DNA from: Macrostomum lignano
Lineage: Eukaryota
Length of the DNA stretch: 64,000 nucleotides
Direction: 5' to 3'
NCBI GenBank assembly: GCA_002269645.1
Contig: NIVC01000437.1
Coordinates: 1 to 64,000, forward strand
Of this stretch, positions 35,693 to 48,537 are shown piece by piece. The position numbers and the translations under genes are program-made. The notes under the pieces are model-generated. The model worked only from the letters and a program-made list of their open reading frames with translations. It made no database searches and was not told the DNA's origin. Positions within the stretch are counted from its first letter, which is position 1. Each line of letters begins with the position of its first letter.

Positions 35693-38600
35693 CCTCTCTG
35701 CTCTCATTTCTCATATCTCATTTACGCTCTAACACTCTACTTTCTTGTCTCCCATCCTTCTTTCCTCCTTTCCACTATCCCCTGTCTCTTCTCTTCTCTC
35801 TTTTCTATCCTCTTCATTGCTCCTGTCATCTTCTCCCCTCTCTTCTCTAATCTCTAATCTCTTCTCTCTTATGTTCTCACTCATCTCTTTTTATCGCATC
35901 TGTCATCTCTCCTCTCCTCACTACTTTCCTCTCTACACTCTCTTATCTCTGATCTTTCATCTCTCTCCTCTCTCCTCTCTTTCTTCTCCTTTCGCTTCTC
36001 TCTCCTCTCTCTCCTCTCATCTCTACTACCTTATTTATATCTTCTCAGTGGTCTTTCTTCTGTACTCTCTCCTGTCTCCTTTCTCCCCTCTTTCTCCTCT
36101 CTTCTCTCTCCCTCCTCTCTCATTTCTCATCCCCCATCTCACTTTTTCGTTCTCCTCTACTCTCCCCTCTCTTCTATTTCCTCTGTATGCTCTTATCCCT
36201 CATCTATTCTCTCTCCTATAATCTCTCTTTTCTCCCTTTGCTATCTCATATCGCCCCTCTCATCTCCTCTCTCCTTCGTCCCCGCCTTACTCCCCTCTTC
36301 TCTTCCATCTGTCATGTCTAATCTCTCCACTCATTTCTACTCTATTGTCTATCATCTCATCTCTTTTCTTTTTTCATTCTTCTCTTTACTCTCTTCTCTG
36401 ACTGATTGAAGATGCCAAATCCATCAAGATCCTCTCCGCGAAGCAGCAATCTTGTCTGTGCAACTGAAAACCATCGAAATCCTCTTCGTGAAACTGAAAA
36501 CCATCGAAATGATCTCTTTAAAACTGGACTCAATTGAAATTTTCTCCGTCAAAAAGAATAAAATATCAGGATTCATTGGTTAGGGTTATTGTTAGGGTTA
36601 GGGTCAGGGTTAGAGCTACACACAGCTGCGTGTCCAAATAAAAAATTGAACCAATTGAATCAATTGATTGCGCAACCGATTTCTCAGTCAGTCAGTATCA
36701 GTCTCAGTTAAAGTTAAAAAAAGATTGCGCAATCTAAATCAACCCTCCAATCAACAGCAGTAGTGAGAAGTTGAACCCTCCCCCCAACTTTATCTATTAC
36801 GTCTCGCAAAACTGAGTACAATTTTTGCAAAAAGTTAAAAGTATGGAAATAGTTTTTCAAATGCTGTGCTTTTTCTTTTCATATTTAAAGCAAACAACTT
36901 ATATCCCCGAGCTCAGCGTTGCAAGATCTTTCCAGCAATATAAGTCTCTTCTCTCAAAGTTTAAAACTCGAGGAACAGTTAGCGTTTGAAACTGTCTGAT
37001 TTATAGCATTGAAGTATCGAGTGTACGTTCACTGCCTGCTTGCAAGTTGATGCATTGAATTTCAATGTCCAACAAATACACAGGGCTGCCCATTGAGAGG
37101 CAGGAAAACTTATCAGTAGCCATATCATTGCGCAATTATCTATACAGTCAGCCAGTAAGCCAGGGTCCAAGTGTACACACGCAGCCACTGAGAACGCTCC
37201 CACCCCCCACTGGAAAGAAAATACACTACAGAGATAGGGAAAAGTTGTGGCGCAATCACTAAAAATTCGTGCATTTTTTCAGCTCCAAGCAGAAAGAGGG
37301 GACAAATAAGATTATCAAAGGTCAAAACCGCCGTTTTCTGCTTTTTTAGGGATCTTAAAATGTAAAAATGAAAGATTAAAATAGCCTAAAGCCATCCTCG
37401 GAAAATTTGCAGTTTTCCAATATAAGTTTCAACGCTGAGTTGCAAGTATTCTAGGAGGAGTTATGCAACAGACAAACAAACACACAAACATCGCACCAAC
37501 TTTAGTATATAGACGAGTGGAACTCCTCCTTCGGAGGAGAAAGGGGAAGAACTCCCATCACCGGAATTCCATTCCCTGAAATCCATCAGCTGAAACTCCA
37601 CTTGAATCCCATCTTCCAAATCGTCTCCAAATTCTTTACAAAATCTTTGAAAGACCATAGCTCAAAGACTCTCACGTCTCTCATATCTCCTCTCTCTTCT
37701 ATTCGCTATTATCGTGACTCTTTTCTTTCTCCTCTCTCTCATCGCATCTCTACCCCTACTCCCTTATTTATCTCTTCTCCCTCGTCTTTCGTCTGTACCT
37801 TCTCCTGTCTCTTGTCTCCTCGCATCTATCCTATCTCTCCTCTTCACTTCTGTTTCCTGTCTCCTCTCTTCTCTCTTATCTCTCCCTCTTCTCTCCTCTC
37901 TCATATGTCATCTCTACTCACTTATCTATCGTCTCTCTTAACCCTCTCTCACTATTCTCTTTTCTCTCCTCTCTGCTCTCATTTCTCATATCTCATATAC
38001 GCTCTCACACTCTAATTTCCTGTCTCCCATCTTTCTTTCCTCCTTTCCACTATCCCCTGTCTCTTCTCTTCTCTCTTTTCTATCCTCTCCATTGTCTCTT
38101 TTCTCCTCTCCTTGCTCCTTTCATCTTCTCCCCTCTCTTCTCTAATCTCTAATCTCTTCTCTCTTATGTTCTCACTCATCTCTTTTTATCGCATCTCTCA
38201 TCTCTCCTCTCCTCACTACTTTCCTCTCTACACTCTCTCATCTCTGATCTTTCATCTCTCTCCTCTCTCCTCTCTCTCCTCTCATCTCTCTTGTCTCCGT
38301 TTGCTATCTCATATCTCCCCTCTCATCTCCTCTCTCCTCTTCTCTTCTCTCTCCTTCGTCCCCGCCTTACTCCCCTTTTCTCTCCCATCTGTCATGATTA
38401 ATCTCTCCACTCATTTCTACTCTGTTGTCTATCATCTTATCTCTCTTCTCTTTTCATTCTTCTCTTTACTCTCTTCTCTAACTGATTGAAGATGCCAAAT
38501 CCATCAAGATCCTCTCCGCGAAGCAGTCTGTGCAACTGAAAACCATCGAAATCCTCTCCGTGAAACTGAAAACCATCGAAATCCTCTCCGCGAAACAGAA

Positions 38601-40483
38601 ATCCTCTCCGTGAAACTGAAAACCATCGAAATTCTTTCTTTTAAACTGGACTCAATCGAAATTTTCTCCGTCAAAAAGAATAAATATCAGGATTCATTGG
38701 TTATTGTTAAGGGTTAGGGTTAGGGTTAGAGCTACACACAGCTGCGTGTTCAAATAAAAAATGAACCAATTGAAGCAATTGATTGCGCAACCGATTTCAC
38801 AGTCAGTCAGTATCAGTCTCAGTTAAAGTTAGCAAAAAAATTGCGCAATCTAAATCAACCCTCCAGTACACAGAGACCGACCCCTTTTCAATACGCAGTG
38901 GCAGTTAGAAATTGAACCTCAAACTTTTGGGGGCATTGAACAAAAAAATGAGTACAATCTTTGCATAAAGCTAAAAGTATGGAAATGGTTTTTTGAAACA
39001 TTTTATATCCTCGAACTCAGCGTTGCAAGATCTTTTCAGCAGTATAAGTCTCTTCTCTTAAAGTTTAGAACTCGAAGAGCAGTTAGCGTTTGAAAGTTCC
39101 CGTTTTAAAGCATTGAAATGTCGCGTGTACGTTCACTGCCTGCCAAAGAGGCTCGCAAGTTTATTCATTTACTACACAGGCCGGCTATTACACAGGGCAG
39201 CCTATTGAAAGGCACAGATAATAAAACAAAATTGATGGCGCAACTGATTTCACAGTATGTCAGTATCAGTCTCAGTTACAGTTAACAAAAAGATTGCGCA
39301 ATCTAAATCAACCCTCCAATACACAGCGCCCGACCGCCTTCCACTACGCAGTGGCAATTAGCAATTGAACCCCCAAATTTATCTCTGACCTATCGCAAAA
39401 ATAAGTACAATCTTTGCAGCAAGTTAAAAGTAAAAGTAATAAAATCGTTTTTTGAATGCTGTGCTTTTAATTTTTACAGTTAAAGCAAACAACTTATATC
39501 CCTGAACTCAGCGTTGCAAGATCTTTCCAGCAATATAAGTCTCTCCTCTCAAAGTTCAAAAATCGAGCAACAGTTAGCATTTGAAACTTTCTGATTTAAA
39601 GCATTGAAATATCGAGTGTACGTTCACTGCCTGCTAGAGAGGCTCGCAAATTGATGCATTGAATTTCACTGTCCGCCAGTTAGCTAGGGTCCAAGTGTAC
39701 ACACGCCGCCACTGAGAACGCTCCTATCCCCCCACTGGAGAGAAAATACACTGCCAAGTTAGCAAAATTTTATGGCGCAATCACTTAAAATTCATGCAAA
39801 TTTTCAGCTCCAAGCAGAAAGAGGGGACAATTAAGATTATCAAAGGTCAAGACCGCCGTTTTCTGCTTTTTTGAGGATCTTAGAAATTAAAATTTCAGAA
39901 TTAAAATAGCCTATAGCCGACCTCGGATAATTTCCAATCTTCCCATATAAGTTTCAACGCTGAGTTGCCACTATTCAAGGAGGAGTTGTCGAAATGACAG
40001 ACAGACACACAGACAGACAGACAAACAACACGTGAACTTTAGTATATGTAGAAGTGGAACTCCTCCTTCGGAGGAGAAAGGGGAAGAACTTCCATCACCG
40101 GAATTCTATTTTCTGAAATATCCATCAACTGAAATTCCATGTCTTGAACCCTATCTTCCAAATCTTCTCCAATTTTTTTGCAAAACCTTTCAAAGACCAT
40201 AGCTCAAAGACTTTCATGTCTCTCATATCTCCTCTCTCCTCTCTTCGCTATTATAGTGACTCTCTTCTTTCTCCTCACTCTCATCTCATCTCTACCCCTA
40301 CTTCCTTATTTATGTCTTCACCCTCGTCTTTCGTCTGTACCCTCTCCTGTCTCTTGTCTCCTCTCTTGTCTCATATCTCTCCTCTTCACTTCTCTCTTGT
40401 CTCCTCTCTTCTCTCCTATCTCTCCTTCTTCTCTCCTCTCTCATATGTCATCTCTACTCACTTATCTATCGTCTCTCTTAACC

Positions 40484-40517
<34 letters not shown>

Positions 40518-43500
40518 CCTCTCTGCTCTCATTTCTCATATCTCATTTACGCTCTAACACTCTACTTTCTTGTCTCCCATCCTTCTTTCCTCCTTTCCAC
40601 TATCCCCTGTCTCTTCTCTTCTCTCTTTTCTATCCTCTTCATTGCTCCTGTCATCTTCTCCCCTCTCTTCTCTAATCTCTAATCTCTTCTCTCTTATGTT
40701 CTCACTCATCTCTTTTTATCGCATCTGTCATCTCTCCTCTCCTCACTACTTTCCTCTCTACACTCTCTTATCTCTGATCTTTCATCTCTCTCCTCTCTCC
40801 TCTCTTTCTTCTCCTTTCGCTTCTCTCTCCTCTCTCTCCTCTCATCTCTACTACCTTATTTATATCTTCTCAGTGGTCTTTCTTCTGTACTCTCTCCTGT
40901 CTCCTTTCTCCCCTCTTTTCTCCTCTCTTCTCTCTCCCCTCCTCTCTCATTTCTCATCCCCCATCTCACTTTTTCGTTCTCCTCTACTCTCCCCTCTCTT
41001 CTATTTCCTCTGTATGCTCTTATCCCTCATCTATTCTCTCTCCTATAATCTCTCTTTTCTCCCTTTGCTATCTCATATCGCCCCTCTCATCTCCTCTCTC
41101 CTTCGTCCCCGCCTTACTCCCCTCTTCTCTTCCATCTGTCATGTCTAATCTCTCCACTCATTTCTACTCTATTGTCTATCATCTCATCTCTTTTCTTTTT
41201 TCATTCTTCTCTTTACTCTCTTCTCTGACTGATTGAAGATGCCAAATCCATCAAGATCCTCTCCGCGAAGCAGCAATCTTGTCTGTGCAACTGAAAACCA
41301 TCGAAATCCTCTTCGTGAAACTGAAAACCATCGAAATGATCTCTTTAAAACTGGACTCAATTGAAATTTTCTCCGTCAAAAAGAATAAAATATCAGGATT
41401 CATTGGTTAGGGTTATTGTTAGGGTTAGGGTCAGGGTTAGAGCTACACACAGCTGCGTGTCCAAATAAAAAATTGAACCAATTGAATCAATTGATTGCGC
41501 AACCGATTTCTCAGTCAGTCAGTATCAGTCTCAGTTAAAGTTAAAAAAAGATTGCGCAATCTAAATCAACCCTCCAATCAACAGCAGTAGTGAGAAGTTG
41601 AACCCTCCCCCCAACTTTATCTATTACGTCTCGCAAAACTGAGTACAATTTTTGCAAAAAGTTAAAAGTATGGAAATAGTTTTTCAAATGCTGTGCTTTT
41701 TCTTTTCATATTTAAAGCAAACAACTTATATCCCCGAGCTCAGCGTTGCAAGATCTTTCCAGCAATATAAGTCTCTTCTCTCAAAGTTTAAAACTCGAGG
41801 AACAGTTAGCGTTTGAAACTGTCTGATTTATAGCATTGAAGTATCGAGTGTACGTTCACTGCCTGCTTGCAAGTTGATGCATTGAATTTCAATGTCCAAC
41901 AAATACACAGGGCTGCCCATTGAGAGGCAGGAAAACTTATCAGTAGCCATATCATTGCGCAATTATCTATACAGTCAGCCAGTAAGCCAGGGTCCAAGTG
42001 TACACACGCAGCCACTGAGAACGCTCCCACCCCCACTGGAAAGAAAATACACTACAGAGATAGGGAAAAGTTGTGGCGCAATCACTAAAAATTCGTGCAT
42101 TTTTTCAGCTCCAAGCAGAAAGAGGGGACAAATAAGATTATCAAAGGTCAAAACCGCCGTTTTCTGCTTTTTTAGGGATCTTAAAATGTAAAAATGAAAG
42201 ATTAAAATAGCCTAAAGCCATCCTCGGAAAATTTGCAGTTTTCCAATATAAGTTTCAACGCTGAGTTGCAAGTATTCTAGGAGGAGTTATGCAACAGACA
42301 AACAAACACACAAACATCGCACCAACTTTAGTATATAGACGAGTGGAACTCCTCCTTCGGAGGAGAAAGGGGAAGAACTCCCATCACCGGAATTCCATTC
42401 CCTGAAATCCATCAGCTGAAACTCCACTTGAATCCCATCTTCCAAATCGTCTCCAAATTCTTTACAAAATCTTTGAAAGACCATAGCTCAAAGACTCTCA
42501 CGTCTCTCATATCTCCTCTCTCTTCTATTCGCTATTATCGTGACTCTTTTCTTTCTCCTCTCTCTCATCGCATCTCTACCCCTACTCCCTTATTTATCTC
42601 TTCTCCCTCGTCTTTCGTCTGTACCTTCTCCTGTCTCTTGTCTCCTCGCATCTATCCTATCTCTCCTCTTCACTTCTGTTTCCTGTCTCCTCTCTTCTCT
42701 CTTATCTCTCCCTCTTCTCTCCTCTCTCATATGTCATCTCTACTCACTTATCTATCGTCTCTCTTAACCCTCTCTCACTATTCTCTTTTCTCTCCTCTCT
42801 GCTCTCATTTCTCATATCTCATATACGCTCTCACACTCTAATTTCCTGTCTCCCATCTTTCTTTCCTCCTTTCCACTATCCCCTGTCTCTTCTCTTCTCT
42901 CTTTTCTATCCTCTCCATTGTCTCTTTTCTCCTCTCCTTGCTCCTTTCATCTTCTCCCCTCTCTTCTCTAATCTCTAATCTCTTCTCTCTTATGTTCTCA
43001 CTCATCTCTTTTTATCGCATCTCTCATCTCTCCTCTCCTCACTACTTTCCTCTCTACACTCTCTCATCTCTGATCTTTCATCTCTCTCCTCTCTCCTCTC
43101 TCTCCTCTCATCTCTCTTGTCTCCGTTTGCTATCTCATATCTCCCCTCTCATCTCCTCTCTCCTCTTCTCTTCTCTCTCCTTCGTCCCCGCCTTACTCCC
43201 CTTTTCTCTCCCATCTGTCATGATTAATCTCTCCACTCATTTCTACTCTGTTGTCTATCATCTTATCTCTCTTCTCTTTTCATTCTTCTCTTTACTCTCT
43301 TCTCTAACTGATTGAAGATGCCAAATCCATCAAGATCCTCTCCGCGAAGCAGTCTGTGCAACTGAAAACCATCGAAATCCTCTCCGTGAAACTGAAAACC
43401 ATCGAAATCCTCTCCGCGAAACAGAAATCCTCTCCGTGAAACTGAAAACCATCGAAATTCTTTCTTTTAAACTGGACTCAATCGAAATTTTCTCCGTCAA

Positions 43501-46500
43501 AAAGAATAAATATCAGGATTCATTGGTTATTGTTAAGGGTTAGGGTTAGGGTTAGAGCTACACACAGCTGCGTGTTCAAATAAAAAATGAACCAATTGAA
43601 GCAATTGATTGCGCAACCGATTTCACAGTCAGTCAGTATCAGTCTCAGTTAAAGTTAGCAAAAAAATTGCGCAATCTAAATCAACCCTCCAGTACACAGA
43701 GACCGACCCCTTTTCAATACGCAGTGGCAGTTAGAAATTGAACCTCAAACTTTTGGGGGCATTGAACAAAAAAATGAGTACAATCTTTGCATAAAGCTAA
43801 AAGTATGGAAATGGTTTTTTGAAACATTTTATATCCTCGAACTCAGCGTTGCAAGATCTTTTCAGCAGTATAAGTCTCTTCTCTTAAAGTTTAGAACTCG
43901 AAGAGCAGTTAGCGTTTGAAAGTTCCCGTTTTAAAGCATTGAAATGTCGCGTGTACGTTCACTGCCTGCCAAAGAGGCTCGCAAGTTTATTCATTTACTA
44001 CACAGGCCGGCTATTACACAGGGCAGCCTATTGAAAGGCACAGATAATAAAACAAAATTGATGGCGCAACTGATTTCACAGTATGTCAGTATCAGTCTCA
44101 GTTACAGTTAACAAAAAGATTGCGCAATCTAAATCAACCCTCCAATACACAGCGCCCGACCGCCTTCCACTACGCAGTGGCAATTAGCAATTGAACCCCC
44201 CAAATTTATCTCTGACCTATCGCAAAAATAAGTACAATCTTTGCAGCAAGTTAAAAGTAAAAGTAATAAAATCGTTTTTTGAATGCTGTGCTTTTAATTT
44301 TTACAGTTAAAGCAAACAACTTATATCCCTGAACTCAGCGTTGCAAGATCTTTCCAGCAATATAAGTCTCTCCTCTCAAAGTTCAAAAATCGAGCAACAG
44401 TTAGCATTTGAAACTTTCTGATTTAAAGCATTGAAATATCGAGTGTACGTTCACTGCCTGCTAGAGAGGCTCGCAAATTGATGCATTGAATTTCACTGTC
44501 CGCCAGTTAGCTAGGGTCCAAGTGTACACACGCCGCCACTGAGAACGCTCCTATCCCCCCACTGGAGAGAAAATACACTGCCAAGTTAGCAAAATTTTAT
44601 GGCGCAATCACTTAAAATTCATGCAAATTTTCAGCTCCAAGCAGAAAGAGGGGACAATTAAGATTATCAAAGGTCAAGACCGCCGTTTTCTGCTTTTTTG
44701 AGGATCTTAGAAATTAAAATTTCAGAATTAAAATAGCCTATAGCCGACCTCGGATAATTTCCAATCTTCCCATATAAGTTTCAACGCTGAGTTGCCACTA
44801 TTCAAGGAGGAGTTGTCGAAATGACAGACAGACACACAGACAGACAGACAAACAACACGTCAACTTTAGTATATACGAGGCCAACTCCTCCTTCGGAGAA
44901 GAAAGGGGAAGAACTCCAATCAGCGGAATTCCATTCCCTGAACTCCATAAGCGGAATCCCATTTTCCAACACCTCTCCGCGCAACAGAAATCGTCTCCGT
45001 GAAACTGAACACTATCGAAATCCTCTCCGTGAAACTGAACACCATCGAAATATTCTCCGCGAAATAGAAATCCTCTCCGTGAAACTGGACTAAATCGAAA
45101 TTTCTACGTCAAATAGCCCAGCTCTCAGAATTCATTGGTTAGGGTTAGGGTTAGGGTTGACAGCTGCGTGTTGAAAGGCGCCGTAAAAACATTGAACCAA
45201 TTAAATTGCGCAACTTATTTCTCAGGCAGTCAGTATCAGCCTCAGTTAAAGTTAACAAAAAGATTGCGCAATCTAAATCAACCCTCAAATACACAGCAAC
45301 CGACCCCCCTTCCAATACGCAGTGCAGCTAGAAATTGAACCCCCCCCCCCACCAACTATTGGGGGGTCGGTCGAACCCCCATTGAACTCCAAAATGAGCA
45401 CAATCTTTGCAGAAAGCTAAAAGTATGAAAATCTTTTCTTGAATGCTGTGAATTTAATTTTCATATTTAAAGCAAAAAACTTATATCCCCGAACTCATTG
45501 CAGCAAGATCTTTCCAGCAATATAAGTCTCTCCTCTCTAAGTTCAAAACTCGAGCAACAGTTAGTGTTTGAAACTTTCTGATTTTAAGCATTGAAATATC
45601 GAGTGTACGTTCACTGCCTGCTAAAGATGCTCGCAAGTTTATGCATTAAAATGCACTGAATTTCACTGTGCAAAAAATACACAGGGCTTCCTGTTAAAAA
45701 ACAGAACACAAATAGTTGCGCAATTGTCTATAAAGTCAGTCAGTGAGCCAGGGTTCAAGTGTACACACGCAGCCACTGAGAACGCGACCATCCCCCCACT
45801 TGAGAGAAAATACACTGCCAAGATAGAAAAATTTTATGGCGCAATCACTAAAATTGATGCAAATTTTCAGCTCCAAGCAGAAAGAGGGACAATTAAGATT
45901 ATCAAAGGTCAAGACCGCCATTTTCTGCTTTTTTAGGGATCTTAAAAATTGAAAATGAAAGATTAAAATAGCCTAAAGCCATCCTCGGAAAATTTGCAGT
46001 TTTCCCATATAAGTTTCAACGCTGACTTGCAAGTATTCTAGGAGGAGTTATCCAACAAACACACACACACACAGACAAACAACGCACCAACTTTAGTATT
46101 AAGACGAGGCCAACTCCTCCGATGGAGGAGAAAGGGGAAGAACTCCCATCACCGGAATTCCATTCCCTGAACTCCATCAGCTGAATCCCAAGACCCGAAT
46201 ATCATCATCTAACTGTTCTCCAAATCCATCAAAATCCTCTCCGTGAAACTGAACACCATCGAAATCTTCTCCGCGAAACAGAAATCCTCTCCGTGAAACT
46301 GGACTCAATCGAAAGTTTCTCCGTCAAACAACTAAACTCTCAGGATTCAGTGGTTAGGGTTTGGGTTAGGGTTGGAGCTGCACACAGCTGCGTGTTGAAA
46401 AGGTCCAATAAAATATGAGATAATTGAATCAAAAGATTGCGCAATTTACGCTCGTATTTCTAAGTCAGTCAGTATCAGTCTCAGTTAAAGTTAACAAAAA

Positions 46501-48505
46501 TATTGCGCAATCTAAATCAACCCTCCAATACACAGCGACCGACCCCCTTCCAATACGCAGTGGCAATTAGAAATTGAGCCCCCCAACTGTTGGGGGTCAG
46601 TCGAACACCATTGAACTCCTAACATGAGTACAATCTTCGCAAAAAGTTAAAAGAATGGAAATAGTTTTTCCAATGCAGAGCATTTAGTTTTCATATTTAA
46701 TGCAAACAATTTATATAATTGAAATCAGCATTGAAAGATCGTTTCCGGCAATATAAGTCTCTTCTCTCTAAGTTAAAAACTCGGGGAACAGTTTGCGTTT
46801 GAAATTTCCCAATTGAAAGCATTGAATTTTTGAGTGTACGTTCACTGCCTGCTACATAGGGAGGCTCGCAAATTTATTCATTGAATTTTACTGAAGCCCT
46901 AACACCCCCAATACGTACGGGGGTTTTATTTGCCCCAGTGCTCAATGCAAAAAATTGTGGCGCAATCGCTAAAAATTGATGTCAACCGGCCCGGTTACAC
47001 CCCCTTCAGCTGAAAGAATACACTACACAGATAGGCCAGCTGTTGTGGCGCAATCATTGCAAATTACGCAAGATGGGCATATTCCCCTATTGTTCTATTA
47101 TTTCTGCTTTTTTAGGGATCTTAAAATGTAAAAATGAAAGATTAAAATAGCCTATAGCCTGACCCGGAAAATTTGCAGTTTTCCCATATGAGTTTCAACT
47201 CTGAGTTGCAAGTATTCTAGGAGGAGTTATGCAACTGACATACAGACAAACATCACACCAACTTTAGTATAAGACGAGGCCAACTCCTCCTTCGGAGAAG
47301 AAAGGGGAAGAACTCCAATCAGCGGAATTCCATTCCCTGAACTCCATAAGCGGAATCCCATTTTCCAACACCTCTCCGCGCAACAGAAATCGTCTCCGTG
47401 AAACTGAACACTATCGAAATCCTCTCCGTGAAACTGAACACCATCGAAATATTCTCCGCGAAATAGAAATCCTCTCCGTGAAACTGGACTAAATCGAAAT
47501 TTCTACGTCAAACAGCCCAGCTCTCAGAATTCATTGGTTAGGGTTAGGGTTAGGGTTAGAGCTACACACAGCTGCGTGTTGAAAGGCGCCGTAAAAACAT
47601 TGAACCAATTAAATTGCGCAACTTATTTCTCAGGCAGTCAGTATCAGCCTCAGTTAAAGTTAACAAAAAGATTGCGCAATCTAAATCAACCCTCAAATAC
47701 ACAGCAACCGACCCCCCTTCCAATACGCAGTGCAGCTAGAAATTGAACTCCCCCCACCAACTATTGGGGGTCGGTCGAACCCCCATTAAACTCCAAAATG
47801 AGCACAATCTTTGCAGAAAGCTAAAAGTATGAAAATCTTTTCTTGAATGCTGTGAATTTAATTTTCATATTTAAAGCAAAAAACTTATATCCCCGAACTC
47901 ATTGCAGCAAGATCTTTCCAGCAATATAAGTCTCTCCTCTCTAAGTTCAAAACTCGAGCAACAGTTAGTGTTTGAAACTTTCTGATTTTAAGCATTGAAA
48001 TATCGAGTGTACGTTCACTGCCTGCTAAAGATGCTCGCAAGTTTATGCATTAAAATGCACTGAATTTCACTGTGCAAAAAATACACAGGGCTTCCTGTTA
48101 AAAAACAGAACACAAATAGTTGCGCAATTGTCTATAAAGTCAGTCAGTGAGCCAGGGTTCAAGTGTACACACGCAGCCACTGAGAACGCGACCATCCCCC
48201 CACTTGAGAGAAAATACACTGCCAAGATAGAAAAATTTTATGGCGCAATCACTAAAATTGATGCAAATTTTCAGCTCCAAGCAGAAAGAGGGGACAATTA
48301 AGATTATCAAAGGTCAAGACCGCCATTTTCTGCTTTTTTAGGGATCTTAAAAACTGAAAATGAAAGATTAAAATAGCCTAAAGCCATCCTCGGAAAATTT
48401 GCAGTTTTCCCATATAAGTTTCAACGCTGACTTGCAAGTATTCTAGGAGGAGTTATCCAACAAACACACACACACACAGACAAACAACGCACCAACTTTA
48501 GTATT

Positions 48506-48506
<1 letters not shown>

Positions 48507-48537
<31 letters not shown>
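48507..48537. repeat. (AGAT)7 microsatellite at the outer 5' end of the Helitron train
   Basis: Directly visible; reads (TCTA)n on the element strand. Confidence 0.95.

Larger units (their letters stand above)
26933..48509 (-). mobile_element. Head-to-tail array of ten non-autonomous Helitron units (family B); junctions at ~29198, ~31757, ~35224, 37513/4, ~40050, 42339/40, 44875/6, 46104/5 and 47274/5
   Basis: Each unit (minus) starts T(C/A)...ATACTAAAGT followed by a TGTC/TG microsatellite. Each ends with hairpin CTCCTCC-GAA-GGAGGAG or a variant, then CTCG or a degenerate form. The outermost 5' TC at 48509 follows a host A. Seven units are 2.3-3.5 kb with a CT tract; three are ~1.2 kb without it. 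Confidence 0.9.

Noticed and set aside
26934-43315. Leu/Ser-rich 'membrane protein' ORFs
   Set aside because: Translations of stop-poor CT-rich tracts; frames are not conserved between homologous units.
28270-47560. True telomere or chromosome-fusion site
   Set aside because: Tracts are only 3-4 units long and sit at a fixed position inside a repeated element.
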